A stretch of DNA of 64,000 bases, taken from IMG/VR virus record IMGVR_UViG_2879905790_000001, positions 132,982-196,981 of that record. One strand, written 5' to 3'. This document shows, one piece after another, positions 51,978-62,661 of the stretch (positions within the stretch are counted from its first letter, which is position 1; every line of letters starts with the position of its first letter). This DNA comes from a virus (lineage: Duplodnaviria > Caudoviricetes). The notes below the pieces were generated by a model. That model saw only the letters and a program-made list of their open reading frames with translations, made no database searches and was not told where the DNA came from. The position numbers and the translations under genes are program-made.

Positions 51978-52628
51978 CTACCTAAAACTTTTATTTATCT
52001 CTGTTAAATTCTCATTTATATTTTCTAATTTATTAATTATATTTTCACTATTATATTTCATTTCTGTATTTTTAAATATCATACATATTTGATTATCATT
52101 TAATCTCTCTATATTTTTCATAATATCTACAGTAGTCCAAAGCTTTAGACTATCCATCTTTTTAGCATATTCTTTAGCATTTTTATTGAAATCACTTGTA
52201 GTTATGAAGATCATATTTAAAACATTATCTGCAATAGAACTGCCTACTAATTTTTGTAGTGGCTCTCTTCCTACTAAATTACTATTCCATTTCTTACATT
52301 CAACATATGTTGTAAATCCATTCTTTTTTAAGATTATATCTTTACCCCCATCACAAGTTTTTTGGGTTGTTTTAGCTTTATATCCTAATTGTCTAAATAA
52401 TTCAGCACAAAATATCTCAAATTGCCTATCATCCATAGCTTTAATTTCCTTTTGAATATCTAAATAATTATATGTTTTATTCATATAAAATATAGTTCTT
52501 TTTATATAATTAACAACTTTATATATAGCAAATATAATAAAGCTAAAAAATCCTATAATAAAGCTTAGTATTGATAAAATTATATTAAAAATACGCTTAG
52601 TATTTCTAAACGCCCTTCCAATCTTCAT
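51978..52628 (-). CDS. Membrane-anchored Mrr-like endonuclease
   Basis: N-terminal TM helix. FE.FCAELF..LGY, DGGKD, VECK, FITTSDF. Confidence 0.85.
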   Translation of the reverse strand: MKIGRAFRNTKRIFNIILSILSFIIGFFSFIIFAIYKVVNYIKRTIFYMNKTYNYLDIQKEIKAMDDRQFEIFCAELFRQLGYKAKTTQKTCDGGKDIILKKNGFTTYVECKKWNSNLVGREPLQKLVGSSIADNVLNMIFITTSDFNKNAKEYAKKMDSLKLWTTVDIMKNIERLNDNQICMIFKNTEMKYNSENIINKLENINENLTEINKSFR

Positions 52629-52778
52629 ATCAAACACCTCTCAATTTTTATATTGTTTCCAAAATAAAAAATATTATTCAAAATTTTCATCACGTTTTTA
52701 TGGCATATGTCATAGTATATAGTATAAGTTATAACACAGAGTGTAGTTACATATTCAAAAGGGAGTGGTGAGAAATTC

Positions 52779-52976
52779 ATGAAAAATATAGATATAACAA
52801 AAATCGTATTTATTGGTTGGGGGATTTGGTTTGTATCGTATGTAAGTTATAAGATATTATCAAGAGATAAAAGTAAGCATAAAGTACATTATATGACAGT
52901 TACAAGAAGTCTGAAGAAGATTAAAAAGTTTGAAAAAGGATTTAATGATAGCTGTAATATTAAAATAAATAAATAG
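52779..52976 (+). CDS. Small membrane protein
   Basis: One TM segment, RBS, first gene of the FtsK operon. Confidence 0.6.
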   Translation: MKNIDITKIVFIGWGIWFVSYVSYKILSRDKSKHKVHYMTVTRSLKKIKKFEKGFNDSCNIKINK

Positions 52977-52985
52977 GGTGATGAT

Positions 52986-54800
52986 ATGACAGAAAGCACA
53001 CATGAAGTTATTTTAAAGTATAAAATTTTCAATTCAAAAGGGGAGCTAGTTAAAGAATTTGATGAAAGTAAAGAAACTAAAAGTGAAAATAAAAGTAGCA
53101 AATTAGTATTAAAAGATACTTATAAAAAAGCGTTTGAAAAGATTTTTAATACTAATAAAACTTCTGAAAAGAACGAACAATCAAACCCACAAGATAATCT
53201 ATTTTGGAAATTGTCTTATAAAAAGGAAGATAACAAATCTGATAAAGCTATTAAACATAGCACTAATCATAAGGAAACTAAAGAAAATAAGATTAAAAAT
53301 CAAGGCACATCTAAAAATAAAATCCAAGAATATAATAAAAAAATAAAAGAAGATATAAAAGCAGCACAAAAGAGAACTGAATTTCTAAACAATTGGGAAA
53401 AAACAATGACATATACAGGATTATTTAATAAAATGCATCAAACTTTTTCACCAAATGATTTAACATTTACTAAGTTTGGTGCTGAAGCAAAACTATATAT
53501 TCCTTGGGGATATAATTATAAACATTTAACAAGTGTAAGAGAAACCCTTCAAAACAATCTACAATGTACCGTTGTATTAAATTCTTATGTAAATAAAAAT
53601 TATATAGATGCAAAATTTATATATACTGAAGACTGTAATAAAATTAATTTTAAGCCAATAATTGCTGAACCATATAAGCTGTTTATTGGTGTAGATGAGA
53701 GTAGTGAACCTATTTTAATTGATGTCAACTCAGAACCCCATATATTAGTTGCTGGATCAACTAGAAGTGGTAAGAATGGTACTTTAGACCATACTATAAC
53801 GAATTTAATTTACAATTGTACAGAGAATGAAATCAATCTATATTTATTACAAGGTGCTAAAGGTGATATGGCTAAATATAGAAATTGTAAGCAAGTAAAA
53901 AAATTTGCATTTTGTGATGATGAAAATACTATAATGGAAATTATTAAAAATATTTACGATGAAATGAAAAAAAGAAGAAATTTATTTTTAACAACTTTGG
54001 TAGATAGTTTTAAAGACCCAAATCTTAAAGATTATAATAAAAAATTTCCAAATAAAAAATTACCTTATATCTATATAATTGTTGATGAAATAATGGCTGT
54101 TGTTTCCAAAGCAAATAAAGATAAAAAGAGTTGTCAATTTGAAGTTATGGATTTGCTAGAAAAAATTGCTGAATACGGTGGAGCTTATGGAATAAGTTAT
54201 GTAATATCTCATCAAAAGCCTGAGGCAAAATTAATGCCAACTTTTTGTAAAAATATGTCAAATGTTAGAGTGTGTTATGGCTTTAATGATTCTGTATGTT
54301 CAGCAATAGTATTAGGTGATGGTAGATATGAAGCAGTAGGTTTGCCTCCTAGAAAAGCATATGTTATTTCTAAGACTTATGAGGGTTATCTATACACATT
54401 AGATTTAACAGATAATATATATAAATATGTTAAGAAAAGTATAGTAAAACCCTCTGAAACAAATAAAAAATCTGATAGCAATTCTAATGATAAAAATGAT
54501 TCTAATACAAAGTTTAATGACCAAGATAAAAATAGTGCAAATAAAAAAGATGTTATAAATGCTGGAATAAAACAATTACAAGAACAAAATCAAAAAATAA
54601 AATCATTAAAAACTATTGATAAACCATCTGAAAACAATACTAAAGTCAATATTAAAAAACAAAGCAATTCTACTAAATCTCCTTATATTAAAAATGATTT
54701 CTCTAAAGTACATCCCAAAACCAAAGAAGAGCTATTAAAAGAAAATTTATCTAAAATTGAAGGTTATGTACCTTATAATCCACCAAAACCAAGGGAGTGA
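52986..54800 (+). CDS. FtsK/SpoIIIE-family ATPase
   Basis: PHILVAGSTRSGK, IIVDE, SHQKP. Confidence 0.9.
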   Translation: MTESTHEVILKYKIFNSKGELVKEFDESKETKSENKSSKLVLKDTYKKAFEKIFNTNKTSEKNEQSNPQDNLFWKLSYKKEDNKSDKAIKHSTNHKETKENKIKNQGTSKNKIQEYNKKIKEDIKAAQKRTEFLNNWEKTMTYTGLFNKMHQTFSPNDLTFTKFGAEAKLYIPWGYNYKHLTSVRETLQNNLQCTVVLNSYVNKNYIDAKFIYTEDCNKINFKPIIAEPYKLFIGVDESSEPILIDVNSEPHILVAGSTRSGKNGTLDHTITNLIYNCTENEINLYLLQGAKGDMAKYRNCKQVKKFAFCDDENTIMEIIKNIYDEMKKRRNLFLTTLVDSFKDPNLKDYNKKFPNKKLPYIYIIVDEIMAVVSKANKDKKSCQFEVMDLLEKIAEYGGAYGISYVISHQKPEAKLMPTFCKNMSNVRVCYGFNDSVCSAIVLGDGRYEAVGLPPRKAYVISKTYEGYLYTLDLTDNIYKYVKKSIVKPSETNKKSDSNSNDKNDSNTKFNDQDKNSANKKDVINAGIKQLQEQNQKIKSLKTIDKPSENNTKVNIKKQSNSTKSPYIKNDFSKVHPKTKEELLKENLSKIEGYVPYNPPKPRE

Positions 54801-55408
54801 TTCAGATGTTAACTGATAATGACAAAGAAATAGCTAAATATATTGAAGGTGTGGGTGTATGCACAGCTAAACAAATATCTAAGATATTCTATAAAGATAA
54901 AAGTCAGGGTCAAGCAATAGCAAGAAGAAGATTAAAGAGACTAGAAGAATGTGGTTATATTAGAATTACCAAATTATCTTTTTTAAATAATACTAATGCT
55001 TATATATTTAATTCTAAAGAATATAAAAATTTAAAACCTTCTTTGCATAAAATCTTACTTTTAGATTATTATGCAGAGCTATTTTATCACGATGTAGATA
55101 TAGATTATTTTAAAAAAGAACAAAGTTGGTTAAATGGAAAAATAAAGAGTGATGGGTTTTTTGTTTTTGATTTTAATGGAAAACATTATTTTCAAATTGT
55201 TGAAGTTGCATCAACTAACTTTAGTCATAATACAATAAAAAAATATGAAGATTTATATAAATCAAATGAATTACAAGGATTATTTAAAGAATTTCCACAA
55301 GTAATTTTAATAGATAGTGGAGAGCATTTTAAAGATATAGATAGTAATATAAAATTCATTCATTTAAATCATAAGCTAAATAACTTTATAAAAATCTTTG
55401 ATAAGTAA
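54797..55408 (+). CDS. Replication-relaxation family protein (wHTH plus PD-(D/E)xK)
   Basis: LT..D, ARRRLKRL..G.I, H, SDG, IVEV, KKYE. Coupled to FtsK. Confidence 0.75.
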   Translation: MIQMLTDNDKEIAKYIEGVGVCTAKQISKIFYKDKSQGQAIARRRLKRLEECGYIRITKLSFLNNTNAYIFNSKEYKNLKPSLHKILLLDYYAELFYHDVDIDYFKKEQSWLNGKIKSDGFFVFDFNGKHYFQIVEVASTNFSHNTIKKYEDLYKSNELQGLFKEFPQVILIDSGEHFKDIDSNIKFIHLNHKLNNFIKIFDK

Positions 55409-55976
55409 GTAACACCAACATATGCCATAACATATACCATACCATATGACTACAGTAATCACACTTGATACACCTATAATCAATTAGACAAGCCATTCTT
55501 AATTTCAAATATATAGCGTAGCGTAGTGGAGCTATATAAGAGGGTGTGGAGCAATGTAAAAGCACCCCGCCCTCGCAAAATAACCATCACACTTTTGGAA
55601 TAATTTTCATATAATGTATTAAGCCATATTTTAATATTGTACATAAACAGAAGCTAAATACTTTTCTTAATGTAATTTTTATATAATACAAATTATTATA
55701 TAAGTGTTCATTTTCAATTTTATATGGTTTTGATTGTTGGTATTTATATTGCTTATTTAATATAAAAAGAGTTGGAAGTCCTAATGAGATTTTGCTCATT
55801 TATATAATAAGACAAATATAGATATTGATAGTTAAAATTGTATTAACTTTGAAAATTAAATAGCTTATATATAATTGATTTGTGTTTGTATATATTAATT
55901 ATTTTGAGTCTAAGTAATTACACAAAAGTTTATTGAAACCATACAAAAGATTTTTTTATTATACAAAGGAGAGAAA

Positions 55977-56264
55977 GTGATGATAGATATTTTGATAAGT
56001 ATTTTAGGATTACAAATTTTTTTTATAATCCTAAAAGGTACAAAAGCAGGAAGATTGATCTATTTACTAGGAAAGATTACTAAACAAATGTTAATTTTAA
56101 ATTGTAACATACTTAGATTGCTTTTAAAGAAAACAAAGGATATAAATAAAAAATTAAAAGATAAAATTTATAGTAAACAAAATAAACAAGAAAATATTAA
56201 ACATAAGAAGGTTGCTAATGGTGATAATATTATAAATTTTAAAGGTTATAAGAAGAAAAAATAA
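55977..56264 (+). CDS. Small basic membrane protein
   Basis: N-terminal TM segment, AGGAG RBS. Confidence 0.6.
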   Translation: MMIDILISILGLQIFFIILKGTKAGRLIYLLGKITKQMLILNCNILRLLLKKTKDINKKLKDKIYSKQNKQENIKHKKVANGDNIINFKGYKKKK

Positions 56265-56361
56265 GAGGGTATATGTATTCCCTCTTGTATTAAGATATTA
56301 TATTAGTTTTATGATGTTTTAATAGAAAAGGGAATACATATACTCATAAGGAGGAATTGTT

Positions 56362-56556
56362 ATGGGTAATACAAAAATAATAATTACGATGGGTGGAATG
56401 GCAGTTGGAAGTTGTCTTATAGAGAAATTATGTTCCGCATTAGGAAAGCAAGATATTGCACAAAGTATAAGTGTTGTAACTATATCACTAATGGGAGTTA
56501 CAGTTGCCACTACCGCATTTAAACTTTTAGATACAGTAAGCAACTGCATGAAATAG
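56362..56556 (+). CDS. SpoIIIAC-like small membrane protein
   Basis: Two TM helices around EKL..ALGKQDIAQ.I, as in SpoIIIAC. Confidence 0.6.
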   Translation: MGNTKIIITMGGMAVGSCLIEKLCSALGKQDIAQSISVVTISLMGVTVATTAFKLLDTVSNCMK

Positions 56557-56565
56557 GGTGATATT

Positions 56566-56838
56566 ATGAATAATTTTCAGTTACTTTTAGAAATGGGTAA
56601 AGTTTATGTTGTAGGTACAGTTGTAGAGAAGACTATAAGAGCTTTTGGAAGCAATAATAAAGCAGATTTAATTAAAGCTTTTACAGTTGTTTGCTGTGGC
56701 TGTTGTATAATACTTATTTTTTTAAATAGTTTTAAAGTCGTAGATAACTTTTGGGAAGGAGTAAAATATTATGGTAATCCTGTAAACTATATGAAAGCTT
56801 TATGGATTTTTGCTAAGAATTTAGTTACTGGAGAATAA
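56566..56838 (+). CDS. Second SpoIIIAC/AD-like membrane protein
   Basis: VEKTIRAFGSNNKADLI between hydrophobic helices. Confidence 0.5.
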   Translation: MNNFQLLLEMGKVYVVGTVVEKTIRAFGSNNKADLIKAFTVVCCGCCIILIFLNSFKVVDNFWEGVKYYGNPVNYMKALWIFAKNLVTGE

Positions 56839-58747
56839 ATTTAAAATGTAGATAATAAAAATATTTGTATATTATTAATTTAAATGGTTATCATAGAAAT
56901 AACACACTTAACTTTTTCATGTAAAACTCCTTTAAATATTTTGTATGGTTTATTTTGTAACACATATAACTAAATATAAATTTAGAAAATTAATTTAATT
57001 TTACTAGGTTTTCGATGAAAGCTAGTATTCTCAATATGATTGAGTGATTTAGAGTGAATTTCAGGAAAATTTAATATAGAAAATATAGGAAATCGAACAA
57101 ATGTATTAATATTAACATAATTTGCATTTTTATGGTAAAAATTCGCCTTATCGAAAAAGGGTTTTGAAGTGCCATAAACGTTGATATTAAAGGGTTTGTT
57201 CGATTTTGTTTTTTGTGTTTTTTATTTTTGTAGAAATGTGGACAAGCCTTGATATTATAGGATTTTGTCGAGATTTGATAGAGTAGGGAATTAAATTGTA
57301 GATTTGAAAATTTCAACTGTGTGGTGTGAGTGGAAGAGTTCGCTAGTGATAATGATTATCAATTAGTAATAAAAATGTAAAAGTACCCCCCACCTATAGT
57401 TAACATAATAACTTAGCTTAATATACATTAAGCTAAATTTTTAAACCAGTTATTACCAAATAATTCTCAAAACCAATATTTTTAAAATTATACATCTAAA
57501 ATAAATATAATGATTCAAAAATAACTTCATGAGAGCCACTAAGGTTGATTTGAAATAGTTTTAGATATGATTACACCTTTGAAAATAAAATCTGTTAAAA
57601 GTCTTTAGAATTGATTTTAAGTACATAGAAATGATAAAAAATAACTTGCAAGTTGAACTGAAAAAATTGCATACTATAAAAGTAGAGTATGGAAGTTATA
57701 TGTAGTATTAAATACTGTTTGATTTGTTTTCTAAAACTAGATATTGTGATATTAATATTATATGGAATAACATCCATGTTTTATTATATAGTTGTCCATG
57801 TCGGGTTTTGTATAACATAGTTTTTTCATAGGAAGACTTACAAAACAAAATATAAATCCAACACAACCACTCTACCACTAAATAAATACGAATCCAATAA
57901 AAAAACTAAAAAATAAACAAGAATTTAAAACATTTTTATAAAATAAAAAATCATAAATAAAAATCCATTTCAACACACCCCACCTATGCACCCCATACCA
58001 TACCCACTCACTACAACCAAATACTTTACTAACAACCTTTATAACTTTACATTAATTATATATTAATAACTATTATTAAATCATATCAACACTATCTTTA
58101 TTAACTACTGATACTCATGTCTATGTACTACTAACAACTATCTACCATATACACTTACATACCACAACATACTAACTAATACATCAAACTACTAGCAACA
58201 CCATATCACTTAGACATATATACTAACTAAAGATATATATCAATTAATACACATATCTAATAAACAATTACTATCAAGTACCAAATTGTTTTACATAAAG
58301 AAGAATATCAAATACTATTATACATTACTAAATACACAATACTATATACCTATACACTAACTAACAACCATTATCATTTATCAATATAAAACAATTTAAT
58401 CAAGGGTATCTCAAACGCTCCACGTTGTGCATAAATAAAATATAGGTATGATTATATTAGTACACATAAGTATACTTTAAACAGGCTATAAACTAATTGT
58501 ATAAGATATACATTATAAATACTATCAAGCACAATGAATATAGTCAATATCATACTTGCAAATGTATAATTATAATTTAATATACATTAATTACGTATAA
58601 AAATACATTGATATATTCATATACCTACAGGGGTATAAAGCATAAAATATATTAGAAATAATTATATAAAATGGTAGAAAAAACTTGAGAAATATCAAAT
58701 AATTTGGTATAATGTAATAGAAGGTTAAAGAAAGGAGGGCTTGAAAA

Positions 58748-58915
58748 ATGAGCAAAAAAAAGAAGCCTAGTAAAAAGAATAAAGTTGACAAAGTAAATAA
58801 ATGGTTATTAGTTATAAATGGCGTTATTACTATAGACCATTATTTAGACAAGATTATAGTTATTTTAGATAAATCTATAATCTTACTAGATAAATTTACT
58901 TCTTTATTCCATTAA
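58748..58915 (+). CDS. 55-aa basic/hydrophobic peptide
   Basis: Not in the ORF track. TTGAGA-17-TATAAT promoter, AGGAGG RBS. MSKKKKPSKKNKVDKVNKWLLVINGVITID... Confidence 0.6.
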   Translation: MSKKKKPSKKNKVDKVNKWLLVINGVITIDHYLDKIIVILDKSIILLDKFTSLFH

Positions 58916-59010
58916 GGTAAGGGGACTAGTTCCCCAAACCTTTTACCTAGACTTCTTTTATTAACCTCAATAATATCATACAACTTTATAAAAGTAAAGG
59001 AGGGTATTAT

Positions 59011-59094
59011 ATGAAAGATAAAAAGATACTTTATATCAATATAATATTAACTATTATTAATATTGTATTATTTACTATAGATAAAATAATATAG
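59011..59094 (+). CDS. 27-aa hydrophobic peptide (type I toxin-like)
   Basis: AGGAGG RBS. MKDKKILYINIILTIINIVLFTIDKII. Confidence 0.55.
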   Translation: MKDKKILYINIILTIINIVLFTIDKII

Positions 59095-59188
59095 AGTAGT
59101 TACAACTTTATAATTTAATATATATTTTTATAGTAGTTTTATACTACTATATTTTTTTTATTTAATTCAAAACAATTTGATAAAACCA

Positions 59189-59217
59189 TTGACAATGATA
59201 TATAATAGGTGTATAAT
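59189..59217 (+). promoter_or_regulatory. Consensus sigma-A early promoter
   Basis: TTGACA-17-TATAAT. Confidence 0.8.
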
Positions 59218-59496
59218 GTAATTAACGGTTAAGAAACACAGAAGGTAATCATTTCAAAATAACAAATCACACTTCAATTTAACAACTACTAGGTTATACT
59301 TAAAGCAAATAATTAATTCGTAATATATAAAACAATTTAACAAATGTCAAGGAGGATACACGCAAATGGATATAAGTAAAAAAATCTATGAAAATATAAA
59401 AAAGGAACAAGAAGCAAAATATAAAATGACAGGACAATATTTAACTGTAGAAGAAATAGAAAGATTGTTTGAACAATTATATAGGGGTTTTATAAA

Positions 59497-59745
59497 ATGT
59501 TAAAATGGATAAAACGTATAATAATAACAGGAATAATTATAATAGGCACTTTAGCAAATCAAGGAACTGTTGGAGTAACTACAACGGTTGCTCAAGCTGA
59601 AGATAATTGCATAGAAAACGGATGGTTTTACGTTTGTGATAATGGTAGTCATATAGATATGAATGATACATATTTAAATAAGAAGTTTATATATTTTCAA
59701 GATAAGCAAACTAAAGAAATAATTAAATTAATAGATTTAAATTAA
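59497..59745 (+). CDS. Small secreted or membrane protein
   Basis: Signal-like N-terminus ending AQA. Confidence 0.6.
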   Translation: MLKWIKRIIITGIIIIGTLANQGTVGVTTTVAQAEDNCIENGWFYVCDNGSHIDMNDTYLNKKFIYFQDKQTKEIIKLIDLN

Positions 59746-59763
59746 AACAATTTAAAAGGGGTT

Positions 59764-59946
59764 ATGTATAAAATGTTAGCAAATGTAAATATGTTAGGGT
59801 ATAAAGGATTAGTTAAAATAATAGAAGAGAATACAAATGGCTATGACTTAGAACTTTTAGAAGGTAATTTAAAAGGTAAAATAGTTTACATATCTAAAAA
59901 CAGTAAAAACGAAACGATAGAGAAAGAAAGGAATTTTATAATATAA
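59764..59946 (+). CDS. Small hypothetical protein
   Basis: ORF in the early cluster. Confidence 0.55.
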   Translation: MYKMLANVNMLGYKGLVKIIEENTNGYDLELLEGNLKGKIVYISKNSKNETIEKERNFII

Positions 59947-60055
59947 AACAATTTTAAAATTTGACTATATGGTGGAAGAATATATATTTTTCTTTTTTTG
60001 GTAGCATATAGTCAAATTTTTTATATGAAAAATTTAGGAGGTATAAATTAATAAT

Positions 60056-61150
60056 ATGAATATTAAAAATTTAACTAAAGGAATGATAATTAAAAATTAT
60101 AAAGAGTTATGCAAAACATTAGAAGTAAAAATTAAGGGTGGTGATGCTAAAAAAGCACAATTAAAAGAATTATCTTATTATTGTAAATACACTAAAGAAG
60201 GTCATAAATTCATTATAGAAGAAGTATATAAAAAACCATTACCAATACAAGACAAGCGTTTAAATTCCAATACATACGTAGAAGAAATAGGGGATATAAT
60301 ATTAGAATATCTATATAAAAATGATACGAATAAATTATTATCATTATCAAATTTAATGGAAATATTGGGTATTGTTAACCCTTCTTATAATGTAGGGTAT
60401 AATAATAAAAAAGAGTTAAGTGAAATATTGGAACTAAATATCTTTGACATAAGTTACTTTTATGATAACACACGAAATGAATTCAAAAAGATAATTGAAA
60501 GAGCATTAAATAACTTGAAAAGTAGAAAAGTATTAGAATGGCATAGACAAATAACTTTTATAAAAAGAATTTATAATAATGATATGGAAAAATATTTTTA
60601 TTCTTTTGAGGTTGCTACAGATAAGCAAGTCGAAGAAATAATAAATATTGAAAAGGAAGTAATGCAAGAATTAAATTGTAAAAATAGTAAAGAAGTATTT
60701 TTAAAGCGACTATCTAAAAAGCTATATAAAGAAGCTACAAAGCGAATTTTAAACAAATATAATGATAAAAGTTACATAGGTTATTTTCGTGCATATAAGC
60801 TATACATAGGCGATAGGGCTATAAAAATAGAGTATGATAATATAAAAGAAAAGAGAGAAAAATTAAACAGTAAAATTAAAAATAAATCTAATAAATTATT
60901 AAAGAATTATAAATATAAAGATATGCTCATAGAAAAATTAATAGATTTATTAAAACATGATATGAATCTAGATAGTGAAATATTAGAATTAAAAGAAAAC
61001 AATAATACTAAAAAATTTATGGAAAAATTAAATTTAGAATTAAAATTATTAAATATGAAGAAAGAAAAATTAAATGAAATTGATAGAAAATATTCTGATG
61101 AAATAGACATTGAGGAATATTTATTTTACATAAATAATAATATAGAGTAA
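60056..61150 (+). CDS. Basic hypothetical protein, probably DNA-binding
   Basis: KNYKELC..L....GG..KKAQLKEL N-terminal domain. A 16-bp inverted repeat lies upstream. Confidence 0.7.
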   Translation: MNIKNLTKGMIIKNYKELCKTLEVKIKGGDAKKAQLKELSYYCKYTKEGHKFIIEEVYKKPLPIQDKRLNSNTYVEEIGDIILEYLYKNDTNKLLSLSNLMEILGIVNPSYNVGYNNKKELSEILELNIFDISYFYDNTRNEFKKIIERALNNLKSRKVLEWHRQITFIKRIYNNDMEKYFYSFEVATDKQVEEIINIEKEVMQELNCKNSKEVFLKRLSKKLYKEATKRILNKYNDKSYIGYFRAYKLYIGDRAIKIEYDNIKEKREKLNSKIKNKSNKLLKNYKYKDMLIEKLIDLLKHDMNLDSEILELKENNNTKKFMEKLNLELKLLNMKKEKLNEIDRKYSDEIDIEEYLFYINNNIE

Positions 61151-61293
61151 ATAATACATATATTCTTTTGAGTACCCAAAAGAATCAAAAGGTAAAAGAA
61201 CACAACAAATAAATTTGATTGTATTCTTTATTACGTTTATACCTCTTTGCATAAAATAATCTTAACAAATATAAAACAATTTAAAAATATATG

Positions 61294-61322
61294 TTGACAT
61301 TACACTGAAAATCCTTTATAAT
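61294..61322 (+). promoter_or_regulatory. Consensus sigma-A early promoter
   Basis: TTGACA-17-TATAAT, with the 14-bp motif just upstream (61269-61282). Confidence 0.8.
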
Positions 61323-61591
61323 TATAAGTGTGGTAAGGAAATACAAAGCACATCAATAAAAACTCAATTCAAAAATCAAGTTGACAACTACAAGGATTAA
61401 GACACAAAGCAATTAATTTAAAATAATTTGATAAATAAATAAAAAGGAGTTGTGTTTAAATGGTACATGTAAAATTTAAAAATGGATTATGTAAGGAATT
61501 AAATAAAAGATATTTTCAAGAAATCGTTATGGGAGCTTACAAAAAATATGTGGTAACTTATAAATATCTATAAAATAGGAGGTTCAACAAA

Positions 61592-61786
61592 ATGAATACA
61601 AATATTTTTATATGTCAATTACCTAAAAAAATTCAAAATAAAATCAAAGAAATGGTTATTGAATATTTAAAAGAGAACGATTGTTATACTTTAGAAAATT
61701 TAAATAATATAATGGATGATAGATTTGAGAATCTAAATGTTGAAGGATTTACAAGTCAATTTGAGGAAATATTAAAAGAAATATAA
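61592..61786 (+). CDS. Small early hypothetical protein
   Basis: AGGAGG RBS. Confidence 0.65.
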   Translation: MNTNIFICQLPKKIQNKIKEMVIEYLKENDCYTLENLNNIMDDRFENLNVEGFTSQFEEILKEI

Positions 61787-61802
61787 AAGGAGTTGCAAAG
61801 AA

Positions 61803-62207
61803 ATGAAAAATATTAAATCTTTACTAAATAAAATGATAGAACTAGGTTGTGACATATGTTGTAATGCTGAAGGCTACACATGTTATTATGGAAATGGTTG
61901 TTGTATAACTTCTAATATAGAAGAATATGAAAGTGACAAAGAATTAAATAATTTGTGTATAATTGAATGTGATAATAATAATATAGTAGTTCATGAAGAA
62001 AATATAAAATACATAGAAAGAGAAAAGGAAATTACTGAGTTAAAAACAAAAGCTCATAAAATAGAAAAGATAAATACAGATTTAAAAAATACAAAAATTG
62101 AAAAAATGTTAATTTTAGCATTAAATAAAGCGTGTTCATTTGGAGAATTAAGAAACTCCATAAAATTAGCTATTAATATATTGGAGAATAAAGGTATAAT
62201 AATTTAA
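61803..62207 (+). CDS. Early hypothetical protein, Cys-rich
   Basis: AGGAG RBS. Confidence 0.65.
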   Translation: MKNIKSLLNKMIELGCDICCNAEGYTCYYGNGCCITSNIEEYESDKELNNLCIIECDNNNIVVHEENIKYIEREKEITELKTKAHKIEKINTDLKNTKIEKMLILALNKACSFGELRNSIKLAINILENKGIII

Positions 62208-62249
62208 AATGTACTTTTTATATTAAAATAATTTGTTGCTATTGGAGGT

Positions 62250-62603
62250 TTGAAAATGAATGTATTTTATAGATTACAAAGCAATAGTTATAATATAACA
62301 CCTTCTTTCAAGAGTTTTTCTTGTGAATTTAATTCATATGAAGAAGCTTTAAAAGAGGGAGAGGAATATGTAGAGCCAGGAGTAAGTGCATTTTTAAATC
62401 CTACTGATTTATACAACTATTATTGGGAATACTTTAACGAGTGTGAAGAAGTTTGGCAAAATAGTAGCCAATATATTCTTGTGTTTAAGGGTAACTTTGT
62501 AGGCAATGGAGGAGATGGAGAGGATTGTGCAAAATTTATTAAAGAAATAGAAAGAATTAGTATTAAAGATTTTATAAGAAAAAATAAAAAACAATTAAAT
62601 TAA
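62250..62603 (+). CDS. Early hypothetical protein, possible ADP-ribosyltransferase-like fold
   Basis: GGAGG RBS. YR...GVSAF...DGE. Confidence 0.6.
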   Translation: MKMNVFYRLQSNSYNITPSFKSFSCEFNSYEEALKEGEEYVEPGVSAFLNPTDLYNYYWEYFNECEEVWQNSSQYILVFKGNFVGNGGDGEDCAKFIKEIERISIKDFIRKNKKQLN

Positions 62604-62661
62604 AACTTAGATTTTAATTTAAAATAATTCGATATTTTATTAAAAGGGAGTTGTATTGTAA

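Noticed and set aside
57397-57424. dif/Xer site
   Set aside because: Only a XerD-like arm (TTATGTTAACT on the minus strand) is present. The partner arm does not fit.
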